Below, piece by piece: positions 36,852-50,468 of a stretch of 64,000 nucleotides of DNA. The translations under genes and the position numbers were made by a program. Position 1 is the stretch's first letter; each line of letters starts with the position of its first letter. Below the pieces are notes generated by a model, which saw only the letters and a program-made list of their open reading frames with translations, did not search any database and was not told the origin of the DNA. This stretch comes from an uncultured virus (IMG/VR IMGVR_UViG_3300015609_000147) (lineage: Duplodnaviria > Heunggongvirae > Uroviricota > Caudoviricetes): IMG/VR virus record IMGVR_UViG_3300015609_000147. One strand, written 5' to 3'.

Positions 36852-39013
36852 TGGCACCCAAGACCAAAGACCCATTGATCCAGCGCGAAGTGGTGATCAG
36901 CGCCGAGGCCACAGGCAAGGGCGGCAAGCCCCACCCCCAGGCGGGCCAGCGCGGCAAGGTGATCGGCAAGACGCCCGGCGGGCGCCAGTACCAGATCGCC
37001 GTGGGCGACAGCCTGGTCAACCTGCCCATGGACGCCTTCGAGGTCGTGCAGGCCGAGCGCGAGGACAGCACTGACGCCGGCGCGATCGTGCACCCCACGC
37101 TGCCCATCGCCCAGATCGCGCCCAGCCGCACGAATCGCAGGGTGATCGAGGACGACGCGCTGCACGACATGGCCGCCACCATGAAGCTGTACGGCGTGCT
37201 GCAGCCCCTGCTGCTGCGCCGCCTGCCGGCAGAGCGCCTGCAGGACACCTTCGAGGACGAAGCCACGCGCCGCGCCACGCACGAAATCATTGCGGGCGAG
37301 CGCCGGTACCGTGCCGCCCAGATTGCGGGCCTGCGCGCCGTGCCCTACATCGAGCGCGACGCGGACAACATGCACGCGCTGCTGATGCAGCTGATCGAGA
37401 ACCTGCACCGCAGCGACCTCACGCCGCTGCAGGAGGCCTTGGGCGTGCAGCGCCTGACCCTGGACCACGGCCTCTCAATCGACGGCGCCGCCGAGGCCCT
37501 GCACAAGAGCCGCACCCATGTCTTCGAGTCGCTGCGCCTACTCACACTGTGCCCCGAGGCCACAGCCGCCCTGGCCGCGCGCACGCTGACGCGCAGCGTG
37601 GCCCTGCTGGTGGCCCAGCGCCCTACCGAGGCCATCCAGACCGAATTCACCAAGCGCGTGCTCACGGGCGGCCCTGACGGCGGCCCCATGAGCTATCGCA
37701 GCGCCCTGGACCTGGCACGCCGCAGCTACATGCTCAAGCTGGACCAGGCCCCCTTTGCGCTGGACGATGCCACGCTGTGCCCGGCCGCCGGCGCCTGCTC
37801 GGTCTGCCCCAAGCACACCGGCGCGTCGCCCGAGCTGTGGGACAAGAACGATGCAGACGTCTGTACCGACACCGCCTGCTTCGCCGAAAAGAAGGACGCC
37901 CACTTCGAGCGCATGAAGGCCCAGGCCCAGCAGCGCGGCCAGCAGATCATCACCGGCCGCCAGGCCCGCGACATCATGCCCAGTGAGAACGGCGCGCCCC
38001 GTGGCTACCTGCTGCTGGACAAGCCCAGCCAGGGCAGCAGCGCGCCCGTGCGCCAGGTGCTGGGCCAGGACGTGCCGGCAGCCAGCGTGGTGCTGATCGA
38101 GGCGCCCAGCGGCAACCTGGTGGAAGCCGTGCCCACGCACACCGCCAGCGCGGCCGTGAAGGTCAACGGCGAACGGCAGGCGGCTGCCAATGCCCAGGCC
38201 GAGCCGCCGGCCGAGCCCACGCGCCAAGCGCTGCAGCGCGAGTACGAAATGCGCTGGCGCGAGCGCGCGGCCGAGGCAACGATCGACGGGCTTCTGCAGT
38301 GCGTGCCCGAAGGGCTGGACCACATTCCCAGCCGCATTGCCCTGCAGATCCTGAAAATGCTGGCCGTCCAGACGCCCCCTCGCCTTCTGTACCGCATGTT
38401 CCAGGTGGACGGCAAGGATGGTCGGGCAGAAACGGACTTGGAGAATGCTCTGGAGGATCTCGCCGAGCAGGATCTGCCCGCGCAGATCCAGTACATGCTC
38501 ATGATGGGCTGCACCCTCGGCCTGGACCAGGGCGAGCCACTCCTCGAGGACTTGGTGGACCTGGCCAACGTGGATCTCGAGTCGATCCAAAGCCAAGTGC
38601 AAGACGAGATGAAAGCCGAGGCCGCCGCACGCGCAGGCAAGGCAGCCCTCACAGACAAGGCCACGCCCAAACTCAAGAAGGGCAAGGCCACGGCCGCAGA
38701 GGCCAGCCGCGCGATCGCCGACGCGATGGCCGCCGCCGAGGTCACCACGCCCAACTCCATCGAACCGCTGCAGCAGGTCCGCATCCGCGTCGACCTGCGC
38801 GGACCCGGCAAGAAGCTCCTGCCCACCAGGGGCCGCCTGGCCGTCGCCATCCAGCCCATGGGCGACCGCGCCTGGATGGTCGAGCTACCCATCGATTCCT
38901 CGGTGTCCCTGGAGGATGACGAGGCCATGGCCTCGACCAAGTGCTGGGAGCTGAGCGCCGACTACACCGAGCTGGAAATCCTCAATACCGAACCCCAGGA
39001 GGCCACGCCATGA
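36851..39013 (+). CDS. Large ParB/Spo0J-family protein
   Basis: GVLQPLLLR, IIAGERRYRAA, ENLHRSDL; Cys cluster CP..GACSVCP...CTD.ACF; 720 aa. Confidence 0.88.
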   Translation: MAPKTKDPLIQREVVISAEATGKGGKPHPQAGQRGKVIGKTPGGRQYQIAVGDSLVNLPMDAFEVVQAEREDSTDAGAIVHPTLPIAQIAPSRTNRRVIEDDALHDMAATMKLYGVLQPLLLRRLPAERLQDTFEDEATRRATHEIIAGERRYRAAQIAGLRAVPYIERDADNMHALLMQLIENLHRSDLTPLQEALGVQRLTLDHGLSIDGAAEALHKSRTHVFESLRLLTLCPEATAALAARTLTRSVALLVAQRPTEAIQTEFTKRVLTGGPDGGPMSYRSALDLARRSYMLKLDQAPFALDDATLCPAAGACSVCPKHTGASPELWDKNDADVCTDTACFAEKKDAHFERMKAQAQQRGQQIITGRQARDIMPSENGAPRGYLLLDKPSQGSSAPVRQVLGQDVPAASVVLIEAPSGNLVEAVPTHTASAAVKVNGERQAAANAQAEPPAEPTRQALQREYEMRWRERAAEATIDGLLQCVPEGLDHIPSRIALQILKMLAVQTPPRLLYRMFQVDGKDGRAETDLENALEDLAEQDLPAQIQYMLMMGCTLGLDQGEPLLEDLVDLANVDLESIQSQVQDEMKAEAAARAGKAALTDKATPKLKKGKATAAEASRAIADAMAAAEVTTPNSIEPLQQVRIRVDLRGPGKKLLPTRGRLAVAIQPMGDRAWMVELPIDSSVSLEDDEAMASTKCWELSADYTELEILNTEPQEATP

Positions 39014-39423
39014 TCCCCGCCCTCAGCATCCGCCAGCCCTGGGCCTGGCTCATCGTCCACGGGCACAAAGACATCGAGAACCGGGATTGGTCAACACCGT
39101 TTCGCGGCCAGTTGCTGGTTCATGCAGGCCTGACCATGACCCGCACCTACTACGACCAGATCACCGAGGAGCTGGGTAACGCCGACATGCTCCCCGCCGG
39201 CGGGCTGCCTGCTTTTGAGCAGCTGCAGCGGGGCGGCTTGGTCGGCTGGACACGCATCGTGGACTGCGTGGAGCACAGCACGTCGAAGTGGAAACAGGAG
39301 GGCAGCTTTGGCTTCGTGCTGCGCGACAGCAGGCCCATTCCCTTCGTGCCGTGGAAGGGGCGCCTGCAGTTTTTCAACGTACCAAAACACGCACTGGAGG
39401 CAAGCAGCGATGACCAGCGCTGA
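39010..39423 (+). CDS. ASCH domain protein
   Basis: LSIRQPWAWLIVHGHKDIENRDW...LVHAG. Confidence 0.9.
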   Translation: MIPALSIRQPWAWLIVHGHKDIENRDWSTPFRGQLLVHAGLTMTRTYYDQITEELGNADMLPAGGLPAFEQLQRGGLVGWTRIVDCVEHSTSKWKQEGSFGFVLRDSRPIPFVPWKGRLQFFNVPKHALEASSDDQR

Positions 39424-39778
39424 CACCGAAATCCTGACGGTCGAAGACCTGGCAGCGATGTTCGACTGCGACGAGGAAACAGCCTCGGCGCGCTTGAAAT
39501 GTGGAGACCTGCCTGGCCTCAAAGTAGGTCGCGGCTGGATCATCCCGCGCCAGGCCCTCTTCGAGCGCCTCAATGAAATGGCACTCGAAGAAGCGGCCGC
39601 GAGGCGTGCGCAGTTGAGTGCGACGCGAACTGCGGCCCACAACCGGGGAAACGCCATACATTCCGATTCAGCCGCCAAAAAGGTAGAGCCGGGCGCTCTA
39701 CTGCTGCCGAGCGCCGCCTCTAACCAACGTGGGCGCAAGCGGCGCACACCACCTCCCCTGCCAACCCTGAGCGCGTAA
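39410..39778 (+). CDS. xis: Excisionase-like HTH protein
   Basis: LTVEDLAAMF...GDLPGLKVGRGWIIPR; last early-left gene. Confidence 0.75.
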   Translation: MTSADTEILTVEDLAAMFDCDEETASARLKCGDLPGLKVGRGWIIPRQALFERLNEMALEEAAARRAQLSATRTAAHNRGNAIHSDSAAKKVEPGALLLPSAASNQRGRKRRTPPPLPTLSA

Positions 39779-39809
39779 GGCGCCACAAAAAATCAAGTGG
39801 CCAACTCCT

Positions 39810-41678
39810 TCAATCACCCGAAGGAGGGCTCCTATGCTTGCCTGCGCTTGATGACCTAATGCCACTTCCCACAACTAGCCGGAAAATCCACCACCAAGCA
39901 TAAATACTTTCCACAGATCGCCCTTCCTCACTCCCCAACAAGCCATGCGCTACCGCATTGCGAAAATTTGCTCCGAGAGGAGAGCAGAAAATCGCTTTTA
40001 TCTGAAAAATAGTGTTTTCATCGAAGACTTTCTTCAGTTCAATTTTTTCCACTAGCGAACTCAAACCCACTTCATTCTCTATACCGTATTGATCTATAAA
40101 AGTTGTCTGCGCACCAAGCCGCTTGAGATGAAATCTAGTCAAAGCCTCCAGTTGCGGGGCCAGCAAGTAAATAGCAGCAGCGAAATCCCCGTTGAAACCC
40201 TCCCAAAATCCTTTAGTAAATTGATCTACACGACCAGGAGGAACGATAGGAGAAGCGGCAACAATTTGACTAATGTCATATTTAGCAATGGTGTATTCCA
40301 TTGCCAAGACTCTCCAAGCAGGAAGCACTAAGCCTTGGCCCACAAATTTCATTTCAATGGCATGATGCTCCATTATTTTTGCAAACAATGCATCCTCATG
40401 CACCTCAGAATCTGCATTCAAACCGGCAGCAGGCGTCTTAGCAACTACTCGCCCATCTTCACTAATATGCGTAGATGATGCCAGTCTGCCAAAGACGAAC
40501 CTTTTCAACGAATCTTTGGCATTTATAGTTAGATTCGATATATTTGCGAACGGATGGAGATCTGCAAATTTGATCAAAGCCTGCAATTTATCCAATCCAC
40601 TAACCGAAGCCTCTGCCATCTGAACAAGCTCGGTTAAATCGGTAGACTCAGTAGTAAAAGTCTGCATGGACTTTACTGCCTCCTCCCCAATCTCGGTAAG
40701 ACGCTGTGACAGACGGCTAATTTCTTCGTCGACTCGCCTTGAACCCCGGAGCCTCCTAGAAATTTTTCTTAGCGCCTGAATTGCATCCTCTATAAACTCT
40801 TGTGCAACAAGATAGCCGGACCCAGGATCTGATGCAATCCTTGCATCGGCTTCTTTCTCATAACTTTTTGCTGACTCCAAATCCATATCAGCTGCACGCT
40901 CAGGGTTGCCCAAGCGACTAAACCACTGATTAGCCAACGCCAAAAACGATCTAGCCTTAAAGTAATGAGATCCTTGCTCAACCATAGAATGACCTTGTTG
41001 AGCAACAAGCTCAGCAAGAATATCACCCTTATCACCTTCAATCTTACAATCAAATATTAATTGAGCCAAACTCAAACCTAAACTACCCTCAACCTTCAAG
41101 GCCCTGTCGGCCTCATCGAATAATCTACTAGAAATATTCACCAACAGGGCATCAGCGTCACCGCGTAGTTGTTTGCACAAGGTAATTGCGCGACGCCATT
41201 CATTAATAGTCTCTACCCAATTATCCTCGTTAGGAACAAATTTTACATACGAATCGATTGCTGTAAGAGCAGCATTTTTATCTTTAGGCCTCGACAACAA
41301 CCAAGCCAAATCAGATAACCTAGCGCGCAGCTTTCTGTTAATGGCCACCTGAGCTAACACAGAGAAAACGGCTACTTCATCGGGTCCAAAATATTCAACG
41401 AGGGCCGAGTGCCTATCAGGAAACCAAACAGACGGAATAAATGGACTATTAACTTCTTCTGCCTGCAGTCTAAGTGAACAGGCGTCCGCGACAATCCATA
41501 GAACCTTCACCACAGGCCAATCTTTTTCATCCATCTCCGCAAGACGTCGCGCCGCCGAAGAGAAAATCATCCAAAGTTCATGGAAGCTCAATGAGTCGTT
41601 TATAAGTTCTTTATGAGCATCTAATGCAGCAATTGCAACCTCGGCAGATATCTCCGTACCTTCAGGAAATTTATGCAT
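39810..41678 (-). CDS. DUF4209-like protein with HEPN-type Rx4H motif
   Basis: 622 aa, AT-rich; LAPQLE...GLSSL...FCSPLGANFRNAVAHGLL. Confidence 0.78.
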   Translation of the reverse strand: MHKFPEGTEISAEVAIAALDAHKELINDSLSFHELWMIFSSAARRLAEMDEKDWPVVKVLWIVADACSLRLQAEEVNSPFIPSVWFPDRHSALVEYFGPDEVAVFSVLAQVAINRKLRARLSDLAWLLSRPKDKNAALTAIDSYVKFVPNEDNWVETINEWRRAITLCKQLRGDADALLVNISSRLFDEADRALKVEGSLGLSLAQLIFDCKIEGDKGDILAELVAQQGHSMVEQGSHYFKARSFLALANQWFSRLGNPERAADMDLESAKSYEKEADARIASDPGSGYLVAQEFIEDAIQALRKISRRLRGSRRVDEEISRLSQRLTEIGEEAVKSMQTFTTESTDLTELVQMAEASVSGLDKLQALIKFADLHPFANISNLTINAKDSLKRFVFGRLASSTHISEDGRVVAKTPAAGLNADSEVHEDALFAKIMEHHAIEMKFVGQGLVLPAWRVLAMEYTIAKYDISQIVAASPIVPPGRVDQFTKGFWEGFNGDFAAAIYLLAPQLEALTRFHLKRLGAQTTFIDQYGIENEVGLSSLVEKIELKKVFDENTIFQIKAIFCSPLGANFRNAVAHGLLGSEEGRSVESIYAWWWIFRLVVGSGIRSSSAGKHRSPPSGD

Positions 41679-41818
41679 TATCTAAATCCTATTAAGTTTA
41701 AATCTTCCATACTGCCAAAAAATACGCCCGAAGGCAGCTTCCAGTTAATTCTCAACGGCGCGATTATTTTTAGTAACCTGTCTTGCACAACCGTAGAGCC
41801 ACTCCGAAAGCAGTCCTG

Positions 41819-43033
41819 CTAAAGCCACATTCGTGCTGCCAAGTCTTCCGCTCGGAAGCTCGCGTAACGCTGAGCCATCTTGCTCCCCGGCGCCCAGCCC
41901 ATGATGCGATGGATCTCTGCCTCGCGGAACATCCAGTCCCCCGTCTTGGTGCGCATCTCGAACCAGAGACACGTCGCCTCATGCCGCAAGTCGTGCTCGG
42001 TGAGCCCATCGCACTGCGCATAGCCGAACAGGCTGGCGAACCGATTGGACAGCCGCGACGAGACCCTGGCCAGCTCCTGCGCATCCTCTTCCCCCGTCCA
42101 CCACGGAAACACCAGCTGCTGCTCGCCCTCATCCGGCAGGGCCTGAAGGTAGGCTTCCAGCACCCCGAGCAGCTCGGGCCGAATGGGCACCTCGCGGTAC
42201 TTGACCTTGCCGTGCCACTGCTTGCTAGCCTTGGCGCGGATCACCCGCGTCGCCAGCCCGAACTGCCCACGCCGAAGCGTATAGGCCTCGCGCAGCCGCA
42301 GCCCGGTGTACAGGATCAGCAGGAACATCGCGCGCAGGGCTGGCGCGTCGTCCAGCTTGATGGTGCGCTCACGGTCCGGCCGGCGCTCGCCGGCCAGCAC
42401 CCGCTCAATGCGGTCCAGCTCGCCAGGCAGCAGCCGGCGCTCGCGCTGAACATCTTCCTTGGCAAACTTGGGCTTGGCCTGGTCTCCGGCCGCAGCATTG
42501 AGCGCCTCGATATCAGCCCGATCCTTCGGGGTGTATGTGGCCGCACCCTTGGGCAGCAGGCGCAGCGGGTTGCCCACCATGGCATCGGGATGCTGCCGCA
42601 GCCACCAATCCAGGCAGCGTGACAGAGAGCCCACGCGCTTGCGGATGGTGCCGGGAGAGAAGTTGCGCTCCAGCTTGAGGCTGCGCACCCAGGCCTCTGC
42701 CCACTTGTAGGTGAGGTCGGCGATCAGCACCTTGCCCACCTCGTCGACCAGCAGCTCAAGGACCGGAATGTCGGTGGCCGCAGGCTGGCCGGTGTTGATC
42801 CAGGCCACCAGCACGAATCGCAGCCGCTCAGTGGGCTTCGGGGCTGAAGCCGTCTGCTGCACCAGGCCAGCTGGCACCACGCCGGCAGCGAGCAGCTGGT
42901 CGACCTGCTGGCCGTACTGCTCGGCCTCGGCCTGGTCGTCGAACGTCATGTAGACGGGCTTGGGCAGCAGCTTGCTGCGAATCGTCAGCTCATATCGCCC
43001 TCGGGGCGTTTTGCGCACACTCGACAAACTCAC
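41819..43033 (-). CDS. int: Tyrosine integrase
   Basis: TGLRLRE, HDLRH, MGW, RY catalytic motifs. Confidence 0.95.
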   Translation of the reverse strand: MSLSSVRKTPRGRYELTIRSKLLPKPVYMTFDDQAEAEQYGQQVDQLLAAGVVPAGLVQQTASAPKPTERLRFVLVAWINTGQPAATDIPVLELLVDEVGKVLIADLTYKWAEAWVRSLKLERNFSPGTIRKRVGSLSRCLDWWLRQHPDAMVGNPLRLLPKGAATYTPKDRADIEALNAAAGDQAKPKFAKEDVQRERRLLPGELDRIERVLAGERRPDRERTIKLDDAPALRAMFLLILYTGLRLREAYTLRRGQFGLATRVIRAKASKQWHGKVKYREVPIRPELLGVLEAYLQALPDEGEQQLVFPWWTGEEDAQELARVSSRLSNRFASLFGYAQCDGLTEHDLRHEATCLWFEMRTKTGDWMFREAEIHRIMGWAPGSKMAQRYASFRAEDLAARMWL

Positions 43034-43195
43034 CTCCCTGTGAAGTTCGGCCGGAGTGTACTCACCTCATCGACAAACTATGCAAATTAGGCGTGGTTCG
43101 ACCGCAGTTTCTGCGCGGTTTGAGATCGATTGAGCCTATATTGAATCGTGCCGGAAATGAAAAAAGGCCCCGGAGGGCCTTATAAGTATTTGATT
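43021..43195. other. att-arm region: direct repeats and IHF site
   Basis: TCGACAAACT at 43021 and 43070; IHF consensus match AATCAAATACTTA on the minus strand at 43183..43195. Confidence 0.6.
43160..43181 (-). terminator. Terminator downstream of tRNA-Cys
   Basis: AAGGCCC-TCCG-GGGCCTT followed by a U tract. Confidence 0.7.
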
Positions 43196-43209
43196 CTCTT
43201 TAGAATTTT

Positions 43210-43283
43210 TGGAGGCGCGAACCAGAGTCGAACTGGTCTAACCGGATTTGCAATCCGGGGCATAACCGCTTTGCTATCGCGCC
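43210..43283 (-). tRNA. tRNA-Cys(GCA)
   Basis: GGCGCGA...TTGCAAA...TTCGACT...TCGCGCCTCCA. Confidence 0.97.
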
Positions 43284-43329
43284 AATATCACTATCAAACA
43301 ACTACAGCATTGCTGCAGCTTTTAGAAAC

Positions 43330-43405
43330 TGGAGCGGGAAAACGGGTTCGAACCGTCGACCTCAACCTTGGCAAGGTTGCGCTCTACCAACTGAGCTATT
43401 CCCGC
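43330..43405 (-). tRNA. tRNA-Gly(GCC)
   Basis: GCGGGAATAGCTCAGTTGG...TTGCCAA...CCCGCTCCA. Confidence 0.97.
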
Positions 43406-43463
43406 AAACATTCAAGCAACTACCCGTCACCTGAATCGAACGTACACAAGGCACATTCAAAAC

Positions 43464-43539
43464 TGGAGCGGGAAAACGGGTTCGAACCGTCGACCTCAAC
43501 CTTGGCAAGGTTGCGCTCTACCAACTGAGCTATTCCCGC
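43464..43539 (-). tRNA. tRNA-Gly(GCC)
   Basis: Identical copy. Confidence 0.97.
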
Positions 43540-43606
43540 TTGAATCATCCATTCTGGCAGCCAACCGCCACCAGAACCGAACACACCCGAAAGCATGTTC
43601 AAAATC

Positions 43607-43682
43607 TGGAGCGGGAAAACGGGTTCGAACCGTCGACCTCAACCTTGGCAAGGTTGCGCTCTACCAACTGAGCTATTCCCGC
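43607..43682 (-). tRNA. tRNA-Gly(GCC)
   Basis: Identical copy. Confidence 0.97.
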
Positions 43683-43785
43683 GTTTCTATCGAAGCCTGA
43701 CATTCTACAACGTCGTTTGCTGCGATGGGATGAATTGTAGCGTAGTTCTTGGAGGGTTCAGGAAAAACGCTACATTTTTTCATCT

Positions 43786-46200
<2,415 letters not shown>

Positions 46201-46320
46201 GGGAATCCTCGGTTTGTCAGCGGAAGATGGTCCGCCCACCGGTGTATTTCAACCCCGCAGCCCGAAAGGATTTCGGGCCACAGGGACTTGCGCTGCCGGA
46301 CCTTTGCAGGCAGCGGCGCA

Positions 46321-47511
46321 TCAGGCTTTCTTGGCCGCCTCGCGGTAAACCAGCAGCGGTGCTTTTCCGTCTTCGATGGTGGACTCGTCCACCACCACCT
46401 TCTCGACATTGTCGGCATTGGGCAGCTCGTACATGGTGCCGATCAGCGATTGCTCCAGGATGGAGCGCAGGCCACGCGCACCCGTCTTGCGCGCCAGCGC
46501 CTTGCGGGCGATGGCCTTGAGCGCGGCAGGCCGGATCTCCAGCTCCACGCCTTCCATGGCCAGCAGCTTGCTGTACTGCTTGACCAGGGCGTTCTTGGGC
46601 TCGGTCAGGATCTGCACCAGGGCGTCTTCGCCCAGCTCGGCCAGGGCCGTGACCACGGGCATGCGGCCGACCAGCTCGGGGATGATGCCGAACTTGATCA
46701 GGTCTTCAGGCTCGATCTCCTGGAACACTTCCGAGATGGAGCGCTGCTTCTTGCTCTTGACCGTGGCGCCAAAGCCGATGCCCGACGCCTCGGTACGGTT
46801 CTCGATGACCTTCTCCAGGCCCGCGAACGCGCCACCGCAGATGAACAGGATGTTGGTCGTGTCGATCTGCAGGAAGTCCTGGTTCGGATGCTTGCGGCCG
46901 CCTTGCGGGGGCACGCTGGCCATGGTGCCTTCGATGAGCTTGAGCAGGGCCTGCTGCACGCCNNNNNNNCCGCGCTGCGCACGCTCGACGTCGTATTCGC
47001 AGCTTTGCAGCAGCTTCTGGATGATGTTCTCGACGTCCTCGCCCACGTAGCCGGCCTCGGTCAGCGTGGTGGCATCGGCCATGACGAAGGGAACGTTGAG
47101 CATGCGCGCCAGCGTCTGCGCCAGCAGCGTCTTGCCGGAGCCCGTGGGACCGATGAGCAGGATGTTGCTCTTGGCCAGCTCAATCTCGTCCTTGCCGGCC
47201 TTGTCCTTGTGACGCAGGCGCTTGTAGTGGTTGTATACGGCGACAGCCAGCGTGCGCTTGGGCAGGTCCTGGCCGATCACGTAGTTGTCCAGGTTGGCCT
47301 TGATTTCGGCGGGCGTGGGCAGGTCGCCTCGGCCGTCCTTGGCCTCGGTGCTGGGCTGCTCGTCGCGGATGATCTCGTTGCAGAGATCGATGCACTCGTC
47401 GCAGATAAAGACTGACGGACCCGCGATCAGCTTCTTGACCTCATGCTGGCTCTTGCCGCAGAAGGTGCAATAAAGGTTTTTTTCGCTGGAGGAGCCTTTT
47501 TTCTCGGCCAT
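46321..47511 (-). CDS. clpX: ClpX ATPase (internal N gap 46963..46969)
   Basis: CTFCGK Zn finger, [11 protein letters not shown] loop. Confidence 0.97.
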   Translation of the reverse strand: MAEKKGSSSEKNLYCTFCGKSQHEVKKLIAGPSVFICDECIDLCNEIIRDEQPSTEAKDGRGDLPTPAEIKANLDNYVIGQDLPKRTLAVAVYNHYKRLRHKDKAGKDEIELAKSNILLIGPTGSGKTLLAQTLARMLNVPFVMADATTLTEAGYVGEDVENIIQKLLQSCEYDVERAQRXXXGVQQALLKLIEGTMASVPPQGGRKHPNQDFLQIDTTNILFICGGAFAGLEKVIENRTEASGIGFGATVKSKKQRSISEVFQEIEPEDLIKFGIIPELVGRMPVVTALAELGEDALVQILTEPKNALVKQYSKLLAMEGVELEIRPAALKAIARKALARKTGARGLRSILEQSLIGTMYELPNADNVEKVVVDESTIEDGKAPLLVYREAAKKA

Positions 47512-47618
47512 GGGGTCGGTGCCTTGTTACAGAAATATGGAAAAGGATGATAACCAAATGGAAAGCGGCGTTTTCCGTAGGGGGAAAACGCCGCCCATTC
47601 TCATACAGCCTCCGGGCT

Positions 47619-48227
47619 TCAGGAGCGCTTGTTGATCACCTGATCGACCAGGCCGTAGTCCTTGGCTTCGTCGGCGGACAGGAAGTAGTCGCGCTCGGTG
47701 TCGTGCTGGATCTTTTCCAGCGGTTGGCCCGTGCGCTCGGCCAGGATCTTGTTCAGGCGCTCGCGGGTCTTGAGGATCTCGCGGGCGTGGATCTCGATCT
47801 CGGTGGCCTGGCCCTGCATGCCGCCCAGCGGCTGGTGGATCATGACCTGGGAATTGGGCAGCGCAAAGCGCTTGCCCTTGGTGCCAGCGGCCAGCAGGAA
47901 GGCACCCATGCTGGCTGCAATGCCGGTGCACAGCGTGGACACATCGGGCTTGATGAAGTTCATCGTGTCGAAGATGGCCAGGCCAGCGCTCACGGAGCCG
48001 CCGGGGCTGTTGATGTAGAACGAAATGTCCTTGTCGGGGTTTTCGCTTTCAAGGAACAGCAGCTGGGCCACGACGAGGTTGGCCGTCTGGTCATTGACAG
48101 GGCCCACCAGGAAGATCACCCGGTCCTTGAGCAGGCGCGAGTAGATGTCGTACGACCGCTCTCCGCGGCCGGACTGTTCGATGACCATTGGGATCATGCC
48201 CAAACCCTGAGTTTCCAATGCGCTCAT
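47619..48227 (-). CDS. clpP: ClpP proteolytic subunit
   Basis: DIYSRLL, YINSPGG, AASMG, MIHQP. Confidence 0.98.
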   Translation of the reverse strand: MSALETQGLGMIPMVIEQSGRGERSYDIYSRLLKDRVIFLVGPVNDQTANLVVAQLLFLESENPDKDISFYINSPGGSVSAGLAIFDTMNFIKPDVSTLCTGIAASMGAFLLAAGTKGKRFALPNSQVMIHQPLGGMQGQATEIEIHAREILKTRERLNKILAERTGQPLEKIQHDTERDYFLSADEAKDYGLVDQVINKRS

Positions 48228-48362
48228 GTTTTCTCCAGTACTAGGGGGCTACTTTAGCCGTATCCGGAAAGAAAATGGGGCTTGTGCGCCAAAGCACAAG
48301 CCCCGCAGATGCCAACCCGCCCGCCGATCTCACGAAGCGGCAGGCAGGCGGTGCTCAAACCC

Positions 48363-49673
48363 TCAGGCCTGGCCCATCAGTTCGTCGAAGGACACGGCCT
48401 TGTCGGAGACCTTGGCCTTGCCCAGCACGAACTCGGTCACGTTGTTTTCGATGACAACGGCTTCGACTTCAGCCAGGCGTTGGCGGTCGCCGAAGTACCA
48501 GCGTGCCACGTCTTCGGGCTTTTCGTAGCTGGCGGCCAGCTCTTCCACGTGGGCCTTGATCTGCTCGGGCGTGGCGTGCAGCTCGTTGGCGCGCACCAGC
48601 TCGGCCACCACCAGGCCCAGGCGCACGCGGCGCTCGGCTTGGGGCAGGAACACGTCTTCAGGGATCTCGGCCTTGTCGGCGTCCTTGATGCCGCGCTGCT
48701 GCAGCTCGGCGCGGGCGCCTTCCAGCAGACGTGCGACTTCAGCCTGCACCGAAGCCTTCGGCAGTTCCAGCTCGGCCTTGGACACCAGGGCGTCCATCAC
48801 GGCTTGCTTGTTGCGGCCCTGGACGCGGAACTTGACTTCACGCTCCAGGTTCTTCTTGATGTCGGCGCGCAGGCCTTCGACCGTGCCTTCAGCCACGCCC
48901 AGGGCCTTGGCAAAGGCCTCGTCCACTTCGGGCAGGTTGGCGGCTTCGATCTTCTTGACCGTCACCAGGAAGTCGGCAGTCTTGCCGGCCACGTCCTTGC
49001 CGTGGTAGTCGGCGGGGAAAGCCAGGGGGAAGGTCTTGGACTCGCCGGCCTTCATGCCGCGCACTGCGTCTTCGAATTCCTTGAGCATCTGGCCTTCGCC
49101 GACCAGGAACTGGAAGTCTTCGGCCTTGCCGCCGGAGAAGGTCTCGCCGTCGATCTTGCCTTCGAAGTCCACGGTCACGCGGTCGCCGTCCACGGCCACA
49201 TCGGCCTGGGCGCGCTGCGCGAAGGTGCGGCGCTGCTTGCGCAGGATGTCCACGGTCTTGTCGATGGCGGCGTCGTCCACTTCGGCGGTCAGCTTCTCGA
49301 CTTCGGCCGAGGTCAGGTCACCGATCTTGACTTCAGGCATCACTTCGAAGATGGCTTCGAACTGTGCCTCGCCCTCGGGAGCGCCTTCCTTTTCGGAGAT
49401 GCGGGGCTGGCCGGCCACGCGCAGCTTGGCTTCGTTGACAGCCTGTGCGAAAGCCTCGCCGACCTTGTCGTTGAGCACTTCGTACTGCACCGAATAGCCA
49501 TAACGCTGGGCCACCACGCTCATCGGCACCTTGCCGGGACGGAAGCCGTCCATCTTCACGGTGCGCGCCACTTGCTTGAGGCGGTTCTCGACTTCGCTCT
49601 GGATGGAGTTCAGGGGCAGGCTCAGCGTGATCTTGCGCTCGAGCTTTTCAAGGGTTTCAACAGTAACGGCCAT
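48363..49673 (-). CDS. tig: Trigger factor
   Basis: GFRPGKVP signature, FKBP-like middle domain. Confidence 0.98.
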   Translation of the reverse strand: MAVTVETLEKLERKITLSLPLNSIQSEVENRLKQVARTVKMDGFRPGKVPMSVVAQRYGYSVQYEVLNDKVGEAFAQAVNEAKLRVAGQPRISEKEGAPEGEAQFEAIFEVMPEVKIGDLTSAEVEKLTAEVDDAAIDKTVDILRKQRRTFAQRAQADVAVDGDRVTVDFEGKIDGETFSGGKAEDFQFLVGEGQMLKEFEDAVRGMKAGESKTFPLAFPADYHGKDVAGKTADFLVTVKKIEAANLPEVDEAFAKALGVAEGTVEGLRADIKKNLEREVKFRVQGRNKQAVMDALVSKAELELPKASVQAEVARLLEGARAELQQRGIKDADKAEIPEDVFLPQAERRVRLGLVVAELVRANELHATPEQIKAHVEELAASYEKPEDVARWYFGDRQRLAEVEAVVIENNVTEFVLGKAKVSDKAVSFDELMGQA

Positions 49674-50000
49674 GTTTGTTCCTATGAGGGATTGGACCGT
49701 GCCGGCTGCTGTACAGCCCGCACCGTATTGCGCAAAAGTCACGGTGCAACGCGAGCCAAAGCCAGTCGGCCGCGCGGCACCTCAGATTTCAAGGGCTTAC
49801 ATCACATGCGCCTGGCCGCTGGGGACCGCACATGGTTCGCTCAACCCGTGATGTAAGCGAAGCCGGACATTATAAACGAGGCGGTTTTAACCTCCGGACG
49901 CACCCACTTGCGGGGAATCCCCCAATCCGTTTGCAAACGGGCCGTCCCTACAGGGAGCGGGCTTGAGCAGTGTTGGCCGCAGTTGAGCGGCGTTGGTGCG

Positions 50001-50046
50001 TGGTGCGCGGGGGGCGGGACGAAAATCAATAAAAATCAAAAGCTTA
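50001..50046 (-). other. Probable att site: tRNA 3'-end remnant (Leu-like) plus IHF site
   Basis: Minus strand ...CGCCCCCCGCGCACCA without the rest of a tRNA; AATCAAAAGCTTA at 50034..50046. Confidence 0.6.
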
Positions 50047-50261
50047 TGCACCAAATGCGGGATTACAGCGGGCCTCGGGGCTTGTTGTTGCGCTTATCGC
50101 AAGCCCTCCGCCCACGCAGGCCGCCGGGCAACCGTCAAAAGACCTATTTGATCGTCAAATATCGTCATGTGAAATACAGGCCACATCGCCGCGCAAGCCG
50201 CGCCGCGCTTGGTGCTGGGCCCGGCCGGCAGGGCCGTCGAAAGCCACACATTTAGCGCGGG

Positions 50262-50280
50262 AGCGAGGCGGGGGTCTCGG
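50262..50280 (+). other. P2-type cos-like site
   Basis: AGCGAGGCGGGGGTCTCGG vs P2 cos GGCGAGGCGGGGAAAGCAC. Confidence 0.6.
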
Positions 50281-50468
50281 CGCGCGCTGGCGGTCAAAGG
50301 GGGCTGTTTCGAGGGGGTGGCGGGGATGGGGCGCAAGGCGGGTGCGCGGGCCCGTGGCGGGGCGCTGGTGCGCGTGAAAGGCGATGGGCAAGGGGTAGAG
50401 CACCCCGGCAGGCTGCGGCGCGCTGTGGGCCTCGCAGTCGCGTATGCGAAAGGTTACAGATTCAGAAC

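Larger units (their letters stand above)
1..43210. mobile_element. Lambda-like siphovirus prophage integrated at tRNA-Cys (left end outside window)
   Basis: Integrase beside tRNA-Cys 3' end, cI/cro, primase-helicase, gpA terminase, lambda-type portal, S49 protease, capsid, tape measure, lysis genes. Confidence 0.93.

Noticed and set aside
43330..43682. Three identical 76-bp repeats with unique spacers (CRISPR-like)
   Set aside because: They are complete tRNA-Gly(GCC) genes, and no cas genes are present
46963..46969. ClpX apparently lacking its Walker B region
   Set aside because: The missing segment coincides with an N gap, so it is most likely an assembly artefact
50001..50020. Complete tRNA gene
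   Set aside because: Only a 3' end is present, with no D or anticodon arm; treated as an att remnant
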